The translations under genes were made by a program, and so were the position numbers. DNA of 64,000 bases from Octopus vulgaris. Taxonomy: Eukaryota. The stretch lies in NCBI GenBank assembly GCA_951406725.2, contig OX597836.1, positions 9,672,001 through 9,736,000 of the forward strand, written 5' to 3'. Position 1 is the first letter of the stretch. The number at the start of each line of letters is the position of its first letter. This document shows positions 24,519 through 35,552 of the stretch, one piece after another. Under the pieces are notes generated by a model that saw only the letters and a program-made list of their open reading frames with translations, searched no databases and was not told where the DNA came from.

Positions 24519-24543
24519 TATACATACTTTTTATCATTTCTAG

Positions 24544-25713
24544 ATTCAAGTTCTTGGATTCATTGCTGTGGTCAGCAGCTTCTTTCTACTGTTTGCCTGG
24601 AACCAATATTCTGCGAATAAAGAATATACAGTGACAACATTAAACAAACACAACCAAAAGTTTATAAATAATTCTAAGGAATTTCCAAATAATCAAGTGC
24701 ATCATATAAATAAGAAAACTGTAAGCAAAGAGAAACAGGAATTGGTTCAGTTAAACAACAAAACTAAATATATTATTTTCTACTGTGTTAGTCATACAGT
24801 GTGTGGAGGTTGGGCAGATAGGCAGCATGGAATAATTTCTGTATATTTAATGGCACAGGCCATGGGTCATCGTTTTGGCATCATTATTTCAAAACTTTGT
24901 AATTTTACTAATTATCTTCAACCAAACAAAATTAACTGGACAATTGACCCAAAAGAGTTGCATGGCCTAAAAAGTCGTCAACTTAATTTGATTGACAACA
25001 ATACGTACATTTCCTCTTTACAATCAGCAGACTTAGAAATGCTTTACCCTGAAGATGTCCTCTATCTGACAACAAATCTAATCTATTTTCACGCCTTGAA
25101 ACGGAATCCTCGCTACAAAGAACAACTGCATTGGGCATCAAATATGTCATATGGAAATTTATTTGCTAAAATGATGAATTTATTGTTTCGCTTCAGCGAT
25201 GATTTACAGGAAAAATTTGACAAATTCTTTGAAGTCAATATCCCCAGGCCAGATATACATCTGGTGTGTGCTCAGATTCGAATGGGACAGAACCCTAGTG
25301 TTCCAGGAGATCCCCCAAGGAATTCAATGTCAAGTATTCAGATTATCTGGAACTTGTTAAATAAGTACAACACAAGCAAGTACAAAATATTTGTGACAAC
25401 AGACTCAGAAGTGGTACAGGCGATAGCTTTTAAAAAATTTTCTCCTCAAATTGTGTACACATCAGGGGGAATAATACATATGGATCGGCCACGTAAGGAG
25501 ATGAAAAACAAGTGTGATGGTGTAAGGAAATCGTTTTTGGACCAATATATTCTGAGTGAATGTGATACGTTGATAATAAGCCGAAGTGGTTTTGGTGAAA
25601 ATGCTATGATGATGAGCCAAAAAGACAACAAAGTGTTTTATTTTAAAAAAGAAAATATAACACAAATCAGCAAAGAAAAATTTTCTGCCATCTGGCAAAA
25701 AAATTGGTTGTGA
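24544..25713 (+). CDS. Fucosyltransferase-like glycosyltransferase, paralog B, large coding exon 2
   Basis: Acceptor ttttatcatttctAG|ATT CAA GTT; intact frame; CGGWADRQHG, CAQIRMG, FVTTDS, DQYILSECDTLIISRSGFG; clear paralog of 750-1907. Confidence 0.8.
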   Translation: MQVLGFIAVVSSFFLLFAWNQYSANKEYTVTTLNKHNQKFINNSKEFPNNQVHHINKKTVSKEKQELVQLNNKTKYIIFYCVSHTVCGGWADRQHGIISVYLMAQAMGHRFGIIISKLCNFTNYLQPNKINWTIDPKELHGLKSRQLNLIDNNTYISSLQSADLEMLYPEDVLYLTTNLIYFHALKRNPRYKEQLHWASNMSYGNLFAKMMNLLFRFSDDLQEKFDKFFEVNIPRPDIHLVCAQIRMGQNPSVPGDPPRNSMSSIQIIWNLLNKYNTSKYKIFVTTDSEVVQAIAFKKFSPQIVYTSGGIIHMDRPRKEMKNKCDGVRKSFLDQYILSECDTLIISRSGFGENAMMMSQKDNKVFYFKKENITQISKEKFSAIWQKNWL

Positions 25714-27450
25714 AATAAAATATTTTTGGCACACAGAATCTGAAAGTGACATCCATGTCTTATCATCATGTTAAGATCTTAAGATACTGGATGCATAGAA
25801 TTTCATTGGTCTTTCAATAAAACAGCTTATGAGGAATAAGGTATAACATACAAACATACATAGCAATGGATTTTCCTTCAAAACCAGAATGTTTTCTTGA
25901 AATTCTACTGAAGAACTATTAAAAATCTTCAAATTTCTATAGGCAACTTATATCATTGTTTTATGCCTAATTTCCCATGAATATCTGTTTGGATACTTTT
26001 CCTGAATGATGAACCTCAGGAAGATGACGAACCAAGTTCTAGTATGGGTCCACCATCGTATACAACACTCATTTGCCTTGATACCTTTATTCCATTGATT
26101 TTATGTCCTGATGGAAATGTTCTCCATGCTAGTCACTCTCTCTCTCTCTCTCTATTTATCTATCTACCTGTCTGTGAGACTGCATGTCTGCCTATATATC
26201 CATCCATTTCTCCGTCCATCCACCCATCCATAATTCCATTCAACCAAGATCATCTCTCTGTCTAGTTGTCTATCTATCTCTCTCACTCACTCACCCACTC
26301 ACTCACTCACTCAATCAATCAATCGGTGAAACAATCAATCAATCTTTTGTACAGGAGCAATTAAGAGTTTATATATTCAAAGAAATTGAATTGTAAATAT
26401 GAGAAGAGAATAATAAATCTATATAATTACCTGCTTGTTCATTCACCTGTTATACTTTAGTTAGTTAGAGAAGTGGAGTGAGTTACAGATAGAGTAAAAG
26501 TGACAGAGAGAAAGTGAGGAAGGAGAATATGAGCAGAGAAGAAAGAAATGAGGAGCGTAATAATACATAAAGGCATCAAGTGGTTAGTTGAAGGGAGAGG
26601 CGAAGAGTGAGAGAAAAAGAGTGTTGAGAGGAAGGTGTTAATGATGTGCAGTAAAATGGGAAGGGAAAGGTAAAGAGAAAGAGATATGTTTAGGATACAA
26701 TATTTAACAGAGGGTGATGTTCTGGTGACGAGGTTAAAGAAAGTCAGATAGAGTAAGATGGACAAGGGAAAAAGTTACGCTGAGAAAGTGAAAGAGAGTG
26801 AAGTAGATAGCGTTTGTCTTGTCAGAGTAGAGATACATCGACAGCAAGAAAAAGTAGATATAAACAAACAGGTGGACTGAAATGAAATGAAATGAGCTTT
26901 GTTACCGTAAACTATAGTGATGAAGATGGTGGGGTGTTGATATTGAAATGTATATTTGTGTATTGGTTGTGTGGTGCCACGTAAAGCACTCATGTGGAAC
27001 CTCATAGAAGTGCCTATGCAGTGTCACGTAAAAGTGCATGTGCAGTGTCATGTAAAAGCACCCAACAAACTGTAAAGTGGTTGGCATCAGGAAAGGCATC
27101 CAGCTGTAGAAACGATGCCAAATTAGACTAGAAATTTGTGCAGCTTGCCAACTCTGGTTAAATCATCTAATCCATGTTAGATCCAATGTCCAAAATAACT
27201 GTCATTTTCAAACTGGCTTTTGAAACATAAAAACCTAAAGTTCTGAAGGAAGGCTTTAATTTAGATCCCTTTAAAATAAGGAGTTTGTATCATAGAGCGA
27301 AGGGCATTCTCACCTGGGTTGGTATCAATCAAATCAGTTAAATTGCTAAGGAAATTATAGAAATAGAACATTTGTCACCATTATCGGTTACCAAAACTAT
27401 TTCTAAAATGTGAAAAAGGAAAAGAAAATTAAAAAAAAAATCTAATTACC

Positions 27451-27491
27451 ATAGGCGTAGGAGTGGCTGTGTGGTAAGTGGCTTGCTAACC
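27451..27491 (+). mobile_element. 5' head of a tRNA-derived SINE, interrupted by the ORF1-only element
   Basis: ataggcgtaggagtggctgtgtggtaagtggcttgctaacc; the SINE resumes at 29608. Confidence 0.8.
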
Positions 27492-29607
27492 GTCGCTGAA
27501 GTCGCAAGTGTTTTTTTGGCGGGGAGTTGTTGCTGCTTATGTCACCTCTATTGTGAAATATTGAATTTTGAGGCTCGACTACAGGTAGGCATTTGTTTTA
27601 TATTTTTGAGGGCTTAGTGGAGTTTGTTGCTCTGTATTTAATATTTTTCAGTGAGTAATAGACTCCACTCTGCTCCGGACATTTTCCTGCCTGTGGCCAC
27701 CTTTAGAGACTCACTTTGCAGCGAGAATTGTGTTTTTGAAGAGGCGTAGTCCCTCCGCAAAAATTAATTTGTTTTGAAATTGTCTTTGTGTTTTCCACTG
27801 GATTTACCACGGAGCACCAAGGATTACCAAGGATTCTTTTTGCTAGGTATTTTACCAATTGGACATTTGGCCAGGAGTACCTTTTTTTGGCCGAAAAAAA
27901 TTAATTCCTTTGTCTGGATTTGAACTCTCTTCTTCGAGCTATCGTTTATTTAAAAAAAAAAAAGAACTTTTTTGAACTGCTATTTCTATTTTTATTTCTT
28001 CCCTTCTGTTGTGTTTTTCATTCTCCTTTTTGTGTCTTATTTTATTTCCTTATATTTTGAACTGTAATTGAACTTTGTGTTAAAATGGCAAAGGAATTTC
28101 TTGTGTGGGAGTTGACACCTCCCAAAAAATATTTAAAAGAGCTGGAGGAGAAGACCGTGATGTTGAGGACTTACTCGAAATCGCTCGACACCATAGCCGT
28201 CTTTCCGAAGGCCACAATTTTGAACGAGCTGGCAGACTACATGCCGGCCATTAAATTTATTGCAAGGGGAGTGAAATATGCAACGGTATGGTTGCTATTT
28301 GACTCCCCCCAAGAAGCTTGCGATTTTGCAAGTCAGTCCCTCGAGGGTGAGGAAATATTGTTTCTTCGAAGTTACTGTGGAAGGAAACTATTGAAGGCTT
28401 GGATCTGTGGACTGCCACCCGGAGTTGAGCCCGAGTGGATAGAGGACTCTATCCACCAGGGTCTGGGTGATAGCAGCGCCAGGCTGCTGAATGTAAAAGT
28501 GTTGCCTGCGGCTGATTGGGAGGGGCCGAAAGCTGTTTTGACCCTATGGACCCAATCAGCCAAAAGTCTGGTTTTTCCAGATTTCTTGAGGATGGCCGGG
28601 TCCAGGTATCCGGTGATGCTTGAGGGACGCCCCCCCCCCCCCAAGTGTCACCTGTGCCTGGAGACCGGCCACATTAAGAAGAACTGCCCCAGGGACCAAA
28701 GTAGGATCCTGGAGCAGGAAAAAGAGAAAGTGCACGCCGCCCCTTTATTGGAGGGGGAGACGGTGGAAGTCGTGGAGGAAGCTGCCTCCACGAAAAGAAA
28801 AAGAATGGTGAGCAACAATAGTTGCTCACCAAAGAACGTACAGACGGAGGAGGAGGATAGCGACCCCCCGCGTCTGGCGACGGAGCCCCCCGGGCTCGCA
28901 GTCTCAAAAAGAAAGAGGAAAAAGAGGAACAGAGGATGGGCGGCGAGTGTTCCTAGGCCACCGATGGAGCCGCAGGTGGGATGTGTGCCACCTGCGGATA
29001 AGGCTCCGTCAGTGGGAAGTGTGCCAATGACGGATCAGTGTGAGGCCCCTTCCTATGAAGAGGAGTGGTTTATCCTCCTTTACCACAAGGGAGGGAAGGT
29101 GAAAAAATTTTTGAACGGCTTGGATGACCGAGAATGTATGGACACGGTCTGCACAAGTAGTCTGTTATGGCCTCCGCAGGTAGTAACGGAAAATATTTTG
29201 TCAGAGGTCGCAGCAACCTTTAACAGGAAAGAATTTACTTTTCTCTTTGCAGGCCTCGACTCGTCGTCGCAGAGCTGTCTGCAGGCGGCAAGGCACTTTG
29301 CTTCGGGGACCTGACAGGGAGAATTGTTGTGAATTTATGTGCTGCCCTTGTGGCAAATTAAATGAATGAAAGAAGTTTGTAAGAGGTTTTAGTGCCTCCT
29401 TTGTGTAAGAGGTTTGAGGCCTCATATCGATTTTTTGAAAATAAAGAAAAAGGAACATTGTTTTAGAGAAGCAAAGGTCGGCGGGCGCTTTTCGTCTTCT
29501 CCCATCATCATCATTTTTGCATTACCATCATTCATATCATTAATGTCTATGTCCAGCCCGCAAAGCTGCTATCTGTGTGATGCCCTTGTGGCAAATTAGA
29601 TGAAATG
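27492..29607 (+). mobile_element. ORF1-only non-LTR retroelement (~2.1 kb)
   Basis: ~600-nt 5' UTR, one 409-aa ORF, ~290-nt 3' UTR with a duplicated tail motif gcccttgtggcaaatta(a/g)atgaa. Flanked by aagtggcttgct / aagtagcttgct. Confidence 0.7.
28085..29314 (+). CDS. L1/Tx1-type ORF1 (ZCCHC3-like) nucleic-acid-binding protein: RRM-like region + CCHC zinc knuckle
   Basis: Intact 409-aa ORF; ICGLPPGV, FPDFLRMAGSRYPVMLEGRP, then CHLCLETGHIKKNC (C-x2-C-x4-H-x4-C); basic NLS-like KRKRKKR. Confidence 0.75.
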   Translation: MAKEFLVWELTPPKKYLKELEEKTVMLRTYSKSLDTIAVFPKATILNELADYMPAIKFIARGVKYATVWLLFDSPQEACDFASQSLEGEEILFLRSYCGRKLLKAWICGLPPGVEPEWIEDSIHQGLGDSSARLLNVKVLPAADWEGPKAVLTLWTQSAKSLVFPDFLRMAGSRYPVMLEGRPPPPKCHLCLETGHIKKNCPRDQSRILEQEKEKVHAAPLLEGETVEVVEEAASTKRKRMVSNNSCSPKNVQTEEEDSDPPRLATEPPGLAVSKRKRKKRNRGWAASVPRPPMEPQVGCVPPADKAPSVGSVPMTDQCEAPSYEEEWFILLYHKGGKVKKFLNGLDDRECMDTVCTSSLLWPPQVVTENILSEVAATFNRKEFTFLFAGLDSSSQSCLQAARHFASGT

Positions 29608-29985
29608 AAGTAGCTTGCTTATGAGTCACATGGTTCTGGGTTCAATCCCACTGCGTGGAACCTTGGGCAAGTGTCTTCTATTATAGCCTCGGGCCGACTA
29701 AAGCCTTGTGAGTGGATTTCATAGACGGAAACTGAAAGAAGCCCATCGTATATATATATATATATACATATATGTGTGTGTGTGTGTGTATATATGTTTG
29801 ACCCCCCAGCATTGCTTGACAACCGAAGGTGGTGTGTTTACGTCCTCGTAACTTAGCGGTTCGGCAAAAGAGACCGATAGAATAAGTACTAGGCTTACAA
29901 AGTATAAGTCCTGGGGTCGATTTGCTCGACTGAAGGCAGTGCTCCAGCATGGCCACAGTCAAATGACTGAAACAAGTAAAAGAGA
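29608..29985 (+). mobile_element. Remainder of the interrupted tRNA-derived SINE
   Basis: Continues the consensus (...cacatggttc.gggttca.tcccactgcgtgg...) through the internal TA/TG tract to the gactgaaacaagtaaaaga tail. Confidence 0.9.
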
Positions 29986-30166
29986 ACAAGAATCTATACA
30001 ATTTGTTTTATGGAATTTTATTTTGTACATACATAATTTTCATTATCACAAACAAGTTCATTTATTTAAGTTCACTAAAACATTTTAGAAAAACTTTTTG
30101 AGTCACATTCAAGAACTTATACATATATACGCTATACATACATGGATATGTACATGTGTGCGTATA

Positions 30167-30563
30167 TCTTTATATATAAAAGTGAGGTTGTGTGCTGTCT
30201 GTCTCCTACGATTTAGATTCCTAACTACTCCCACGTTTTGCGGTGCAGTTTAACCAAAACCGGATATCTTATAGTCGTGATTCATATCGAACCCTTCTGG
30301 GTATTAGCGCGCGTCTACGATGAGTCTACGATTTAAAAAAAAAATTACCATAATTTTTCCCATTTTTAATGCATTTTTTTGCTATTATATAAGGGAAGTA
30401 ACTCTCTAAAAATGTATTATTAAATCTCAGAACGTAAAAAGCTACAGTAACCCCCCCCTTTGTGGTTAGCCATATTGAGATGGCTATTATACTTTACATC
30501 TCTAAAAATGCTTATATAGTTATTTCCCTTACAAACCCGAGCAACGCTGGGCGATACTGCTAG
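30167..30563 (+). mobile_element. Non-autonomous Helitron (single-unit form)
   Basis: a|TCTTTATATATAAAA 5' end, subterminal hairpin cccgagcaacgctggg, CTAG|t 3' end, no TSD. Confidence 0.85.
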
Positions 30564-30769
30564 TACATTTATAGAAGAGAAACGATAGAGACGGAAAATG
30601 GAATATATGGAAACTTTATTGATCACAACAATCATTTCAACACATTCTGCATCGCCTCCTTGTCGGTGGGTAAACTATAACAGTTAATTTCAGTTGCATC
30701 CCATGCGGCAGAAGCATCTGGTCAGGTGATATAATGCACCTTGTATACGTATATAAGACAATTTTTTTT

Positions 30770-31077
30770 TTATCCGCCCTTTCCAAGCCTAGCCAGGCTC
30801 ATGGGCCCAGTCTCCCGGTTTCTGTGGCGTATGTGTTCCCTCCAGCTGGACGGGACGCCAGTCCATCGCAGCGTAACCCAAGAAACAGGAAGAAAGAGTG
30901 AGAGAAAGTTGGGGCGAAAGAGTACAACAGGGGTCACTACCACCCCCTGCCGGAGCCTCGTGGAGCTTTTAGGTGTTTTCGCTCAATAAACACATACAGT
31001 GCCAGATCTGGGAATCGAAACTGCGATCCTCCGACCGCGAGTCCGCTGCCCTAACCACTGGGCCATTGCGCCTCCAC
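30770..31077 (-). mobile_element. tRNA-derived SINE, third family
   Basis: Head tggaggcgcaatggcccagtggttagggc...ttcgattcccag with A/B-box-like motifs. Confidence 0.75.
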
Positions 31078-31729
31078 ATATAAGACAATTACAATGAATA
31101 AAAGCACATTCAGCAATCTTCTTTTCCTTGAGCTGTAAAAACTCATAAAGCCAACTGCCTGGTTTCCATGGTACATAAATGACCAAGATCACAACATCAT
31201 CCTGAACAGGACGCCGGTCAACTGCAGGGTTCAAGGCCACCAATTCCGAGGAAAGTGGACAGATCGATTACACTGATGCCAGTATTTGATTGGTATTTTA
31301 TTTCAGCAACCCTGAAAAGATGAAAGACAAAATTAACTTCAGTGGAATTTGAACTCAGAATGTAAAGAGCGAGAAGAAATGCTGCTAAGGGTTTTTTTTA
31401 GTTGGACATACTCAAGAAGGCCAAAATTCCAGAGCAGAAGCGTTAAGGTTGCTCCCACCGGTCAAGAGGACTGACCTACAACTGTGCTGTGCTGGGGCTG
31501 TGTAAGAAGCATCCAGCACACTCTGGTTGGCATTAGGAAGGGCATCCAGCTGTAGAGACCCTGCCAAGCAGACTGGAGCCTAGTGCAGCTCTCTAGCTCT
31601 GGTCAAACCTTCCAATCCATACCAGCATGGACAATGGACATTAAATGCAGCTGCTACTGGTGATGAAACTAACAATTCTGCCATAGAAGATGAAAATTCA
31701 ATGTGAATCATTTCCAACATATTTCACCA

Positions 31730-32166
31730 TGGCATATAAAAGGCACCATTCGAGTGTGATCGTTACCAGCGTCGCCTTACTAGCACTTGTGCCCGTGCTA
31801 GTAGGGTGCCAAAAGCAACATCCGAGCTTGATCATTGCCAGAGCAGCCAACTGGCTCTGTGCTGGTAGCACGTAAAAGGGCACCATTCGAGCGTGATCGT
31901 TACCAATGTCGCCTTACTGGCACGTGTAAGAAGATTTGAGCGAGGTCATTGCCAGTACTGACTGACTGGCCCCCGTGCTGGTGGCACATAAAAAGCACCC
32001 ACTACACTCTCAGAGTGGTTGGCGTTAGGAAGGGCATCCAGGAGTAGAAACTCTGCCAGATCAAGATTGGAGCCTGGTGCGGCCATCTGGTTCGCCAGCC
32101 CTCAGTCAAAATCGTCCAACCCATGCTAGCATGGAAAGCAGACGTTAAACGATGATGATGATGATG
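31730..32166 (+). mobile_element. RTE tail-derived element with subrepeats and (GAT)n tail
   Basis: Reverse-orientation homolog of 3172-3650. Confidence 0.85.
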
Positions 32167-32775
32167 AAATATTATGCAATGCGCGTATGTTGGTGGACTT
32201 ATTCAAGTGTAGTTTTACAAGAGAACAAAATCGTAAGTGGCCGCCAGTTAGACAGGCCATGAGGGCTGCCCACCTTCTTACGAAGGAGGAGTGACCTGCC
32301 ACACAACAGAACCTTCCGACCAGTCACGACTAGCTAGTGCGGATGCGTGACTACGCGAGTGCGCGCACCGGGACCACTGTTCTCAAGTAGTACCCTATAA
32401 GGATATACTTACTTCATTCTGTATGATTCTTTATATATTTCCATTTGATATAGAATTTCTCAGGCTTACTCCACAGTCAAACGACTTCTTTCCAGTGTGT
32501 CTATGTCGCCAGATTAAATAAAATTTGATTTCAAGAGAAGGATTTATCAAGTTTCTTCACAGTCAAAAGACTTCCCGCCACTGTGTCTATGTTACTGGAT
32601 GAGGTTATTTTAGATTTGTAAAAAGGATTTCTCAAGCTTCCCCCACAATCAAATGGCTTCTCGCCAAAGTGTATATGTTGTAGGACGGGATCAATTTAAA
32701 TCTGCAGGATAAAGGTTTATAAAGCATCCCCACAGTCAAAAGCCTTCCCCCCGGTGTGTGTGTGTTTGTGTCCTT

Positions 32776-33982
32776 TCAAGTGGCTGTTAGTGATTTCCCA
32801 CATGTCTCGCAGTGATACACTCTTTCCTCCATGTGGCTCCGAATATGAACTACAAGATTGAAATGATCAAAGAATGATTTCCCACATGTCTCACAGTGAT
32901 ACGCTCTTTCCCCCATGTGGCTCCGAATATGAACTACAAGATTGAAATGATCAAAGAATGATTTCCCACATGTTTCACAGTGATACGCTCTTTCCCCCAT
33001 GTGGCTCCGAATATGAACTACAAGATTGAAATGATCAAAGAATGATTTCCCACATGTTTCACGGTGATACGCTCTTTCCCACATGTGGCTCCGAATATGA
33101 ACTACAAGATTGAAATGATCAAAGAATGATTTCCCACATGTCTCGCAGTGATACACTCTTTCCCCCATGTGGCTCCGAATATGAACTACAAGATTGAAAT
33201 GATCAAAGAATGATTTCCCACATGTCTCGCAGTGATACGCTCTTTCCCCCATGTGGCTCCGAATATGAACTACAAGATTGAAATGATCAAAGAATGATTT
33301 CCCACATGTTTCACAGTGATACACTCTTTGCCCCATGTGGCTCCGAATATGAACTACAAGATTGAAATGATCAAAGAATGATTTCCCACATGTCTCACAG
33401 TGAAGCCTTTTTCCTCCAGCGTGAATACGATTTCTATGTCTTCTCAGTTCGCTGTTGCTCCCGTTTGATTTCCCACACACTTCACAACAGAACGGTTTTT
33501 GCCCAGTGTGGCGTTTTTTGTGCCTTGTTAAATTACTGTCGGAGAAAAAATACTTGCCGCACACTTCGCAACAACACGGTTTCCCTCCAGTGTGGATTCT
33601 TCTGTGAATAACAAGATTGAAATGATCAAAGAATGATTTCCCACATGTCTCGCAGTGATACGCTTGTGGTGATCATACAACGGACTCTTTCGTGACGTGC
33701 AAGATGAGAATTCATCAGGAAGGACTCTCCACACACTTCGCAAGGGAAAGGCTTTTCCCCGCCATGTATTCGTTTGTGTTTCGTCAAATTACTGCTGTTG
33801 GCAAAGGACTTCACATATAAATCATACTCTGTATTTCTGTGCAATGATTTTTGTTTAGGAAATGTTTCACAACCCAAAGGCTTCTCCTCGTTGCCCTTGT
33901 ACGTCCATGTTTTTAGCTGCTGAACCTTGTAAATATTACAATCTATTCTTTTAGAATTGTCCAAATTATTATCGTGCTCCAT
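32776..33982 (-). pseudogene. C2H2 zinc-finger gene with an internal frameshift (~33680) and tandem near-identical fingers
   Basis: Acceptor tttctccAG 7 nt before ATG (33982); [26 protein letters not shown] and 7x [21 protein letters not shown]. One linker is 22 nt instead of 18. Decayed fingers continue past the stop to ~32460. Confidence 0.8.
32791..33402 (-). repeat. 84-bp coding minisatellite (7 full + 1 partial zinc-finger units)
   Basis: Units differ at only a few positions. Confidence 0.95.
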
Positions 33983-34740
33983 ATTAATTCTGGAGAAATA
34001 TTTAAGTAATATGAATACGTTATTATCCAGTTTATTTCTTGTTTTCGATATAAATCCTTAAAAATGTTTTAGCCCAAAGGCCGCGGCCATGCTGGGGCAC
34101 CACACGAAGTTCTGTTTACGGTTGTGGAAAAAAAAAAACGTCGACAGATGTGTTCTCAACTTACAACCCCCAAATTTATTTCTGAATGCGTTTTCTCCAA
34201 GTCGTATACAGATCGTCTTTTATTTCTTCGTTTGGATCCTTTCACTTTGACCGGCAGATTTTTAAAATAATTTCTTTGAAACCAAACACTTTTAAACTTC
34301 GTATACTGGTAGAATGTGTCACGTAAAACATCTTTTTCTCTTGGCTTTCTTGAGAAAATTCTGTAGTTTGTAAGCTATTTGTTTTTAAATTGCATTTCGG
34401 CAATTTCGATCAATAAATGTGGATATGGTCAGTGGATGCTGTGGCCTAAAAACCAAAACAATATTCGAGAAGTCATAAATGACCAACAGCTCATATCAGT
34501 TCCATGACAAGTTACAACGTTTATTTTCAATAAATACAAGAGCAAAGTAAAAAAAAATACAGTGCAATATATCCAGGGAAGAAAATGTGTGTGTGTGTGT
34601 GTGCATATACGTCCGAGGAGGTGGTTGCGTGTTAGCTCCTCATGTTACTTAAAGTTTAGTGAATGTGGAGAAAAGTTCACCTGCTCCCCAACAGACACAA
34701 CTCCATCCATATTTTGAGTGTTATTTCCGTTCATTTTCCC

Positions 34741-34744
<4 letters not shown>

Positions 34745-34791
<47 letters not shown>

Positions 34792-35318
34792 ATATATGTG
34801 TGTGTGTGTATATATATATGTGTGTGTGTATATATATGTGTGTGTGTGTGTATATATATATATGTGTGTGTGTATATATATGTGTGTATATATATGTGTG
34901 TGTGTATATATATATGTGTGTGTGTGTATATGTGTGTGTGTATATATATATGTGTGTGTGTATATATATGTGTGTGTGTATATATATATGTGTGTGTGTA
35001 TATATATGTGTGTGTATATATATATGTGTGTGTGTGTATATATATGTGTGTGTGTATATATATATGTGTGTGTGTGTGTATATATATATGTGTGTGTGTG
35101 TATATATATGTGTGTGTGTGTATATATATGTGTGTGTGTGTATATATATGTGTGTATATATATGTGTGTGTGTATATATATATGTGTGTGTGTATATGTG
35201 TGTGTGTATATATATATGTGTGTGTGTATATATATGTGTGTGTGTATATATGTGTGTGTGTGTATATATATGTGTGTGTATATATGTGTGTGTGTGTGTA
35301 TATATATGTGTGTGTGTG

Positions 35319-35368
<50 letters not shown>

Positions 35369-35456
35369 TGTGTGTGTGTATATATATATGTGTGTGTATA
35401 TATATGTGTGTGTGTGTGTATATATATATATGTGTGTGTGTGTATGTATATATATA

Positions 35457-35499
<43 letters not shown>

Positions 35500-35502
35500 A
35501 TA

Positions 35503-35549
<47 letters not shown>
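34745..35549. repeat. Compound (TA)n(TG)n microsatellite, ~800 bp
   Basis: Direct reading. Confidence 0.98.

Positions 35550-35552
<3 letters not shown>

Noticed and set aside
750-25713. Invertible or shared-first-exon switch between the two glycosyltransferase exons
   Set aside because: Each paralog has its own correctly oriented first exon, so no inversion or trans-splicing is needed.
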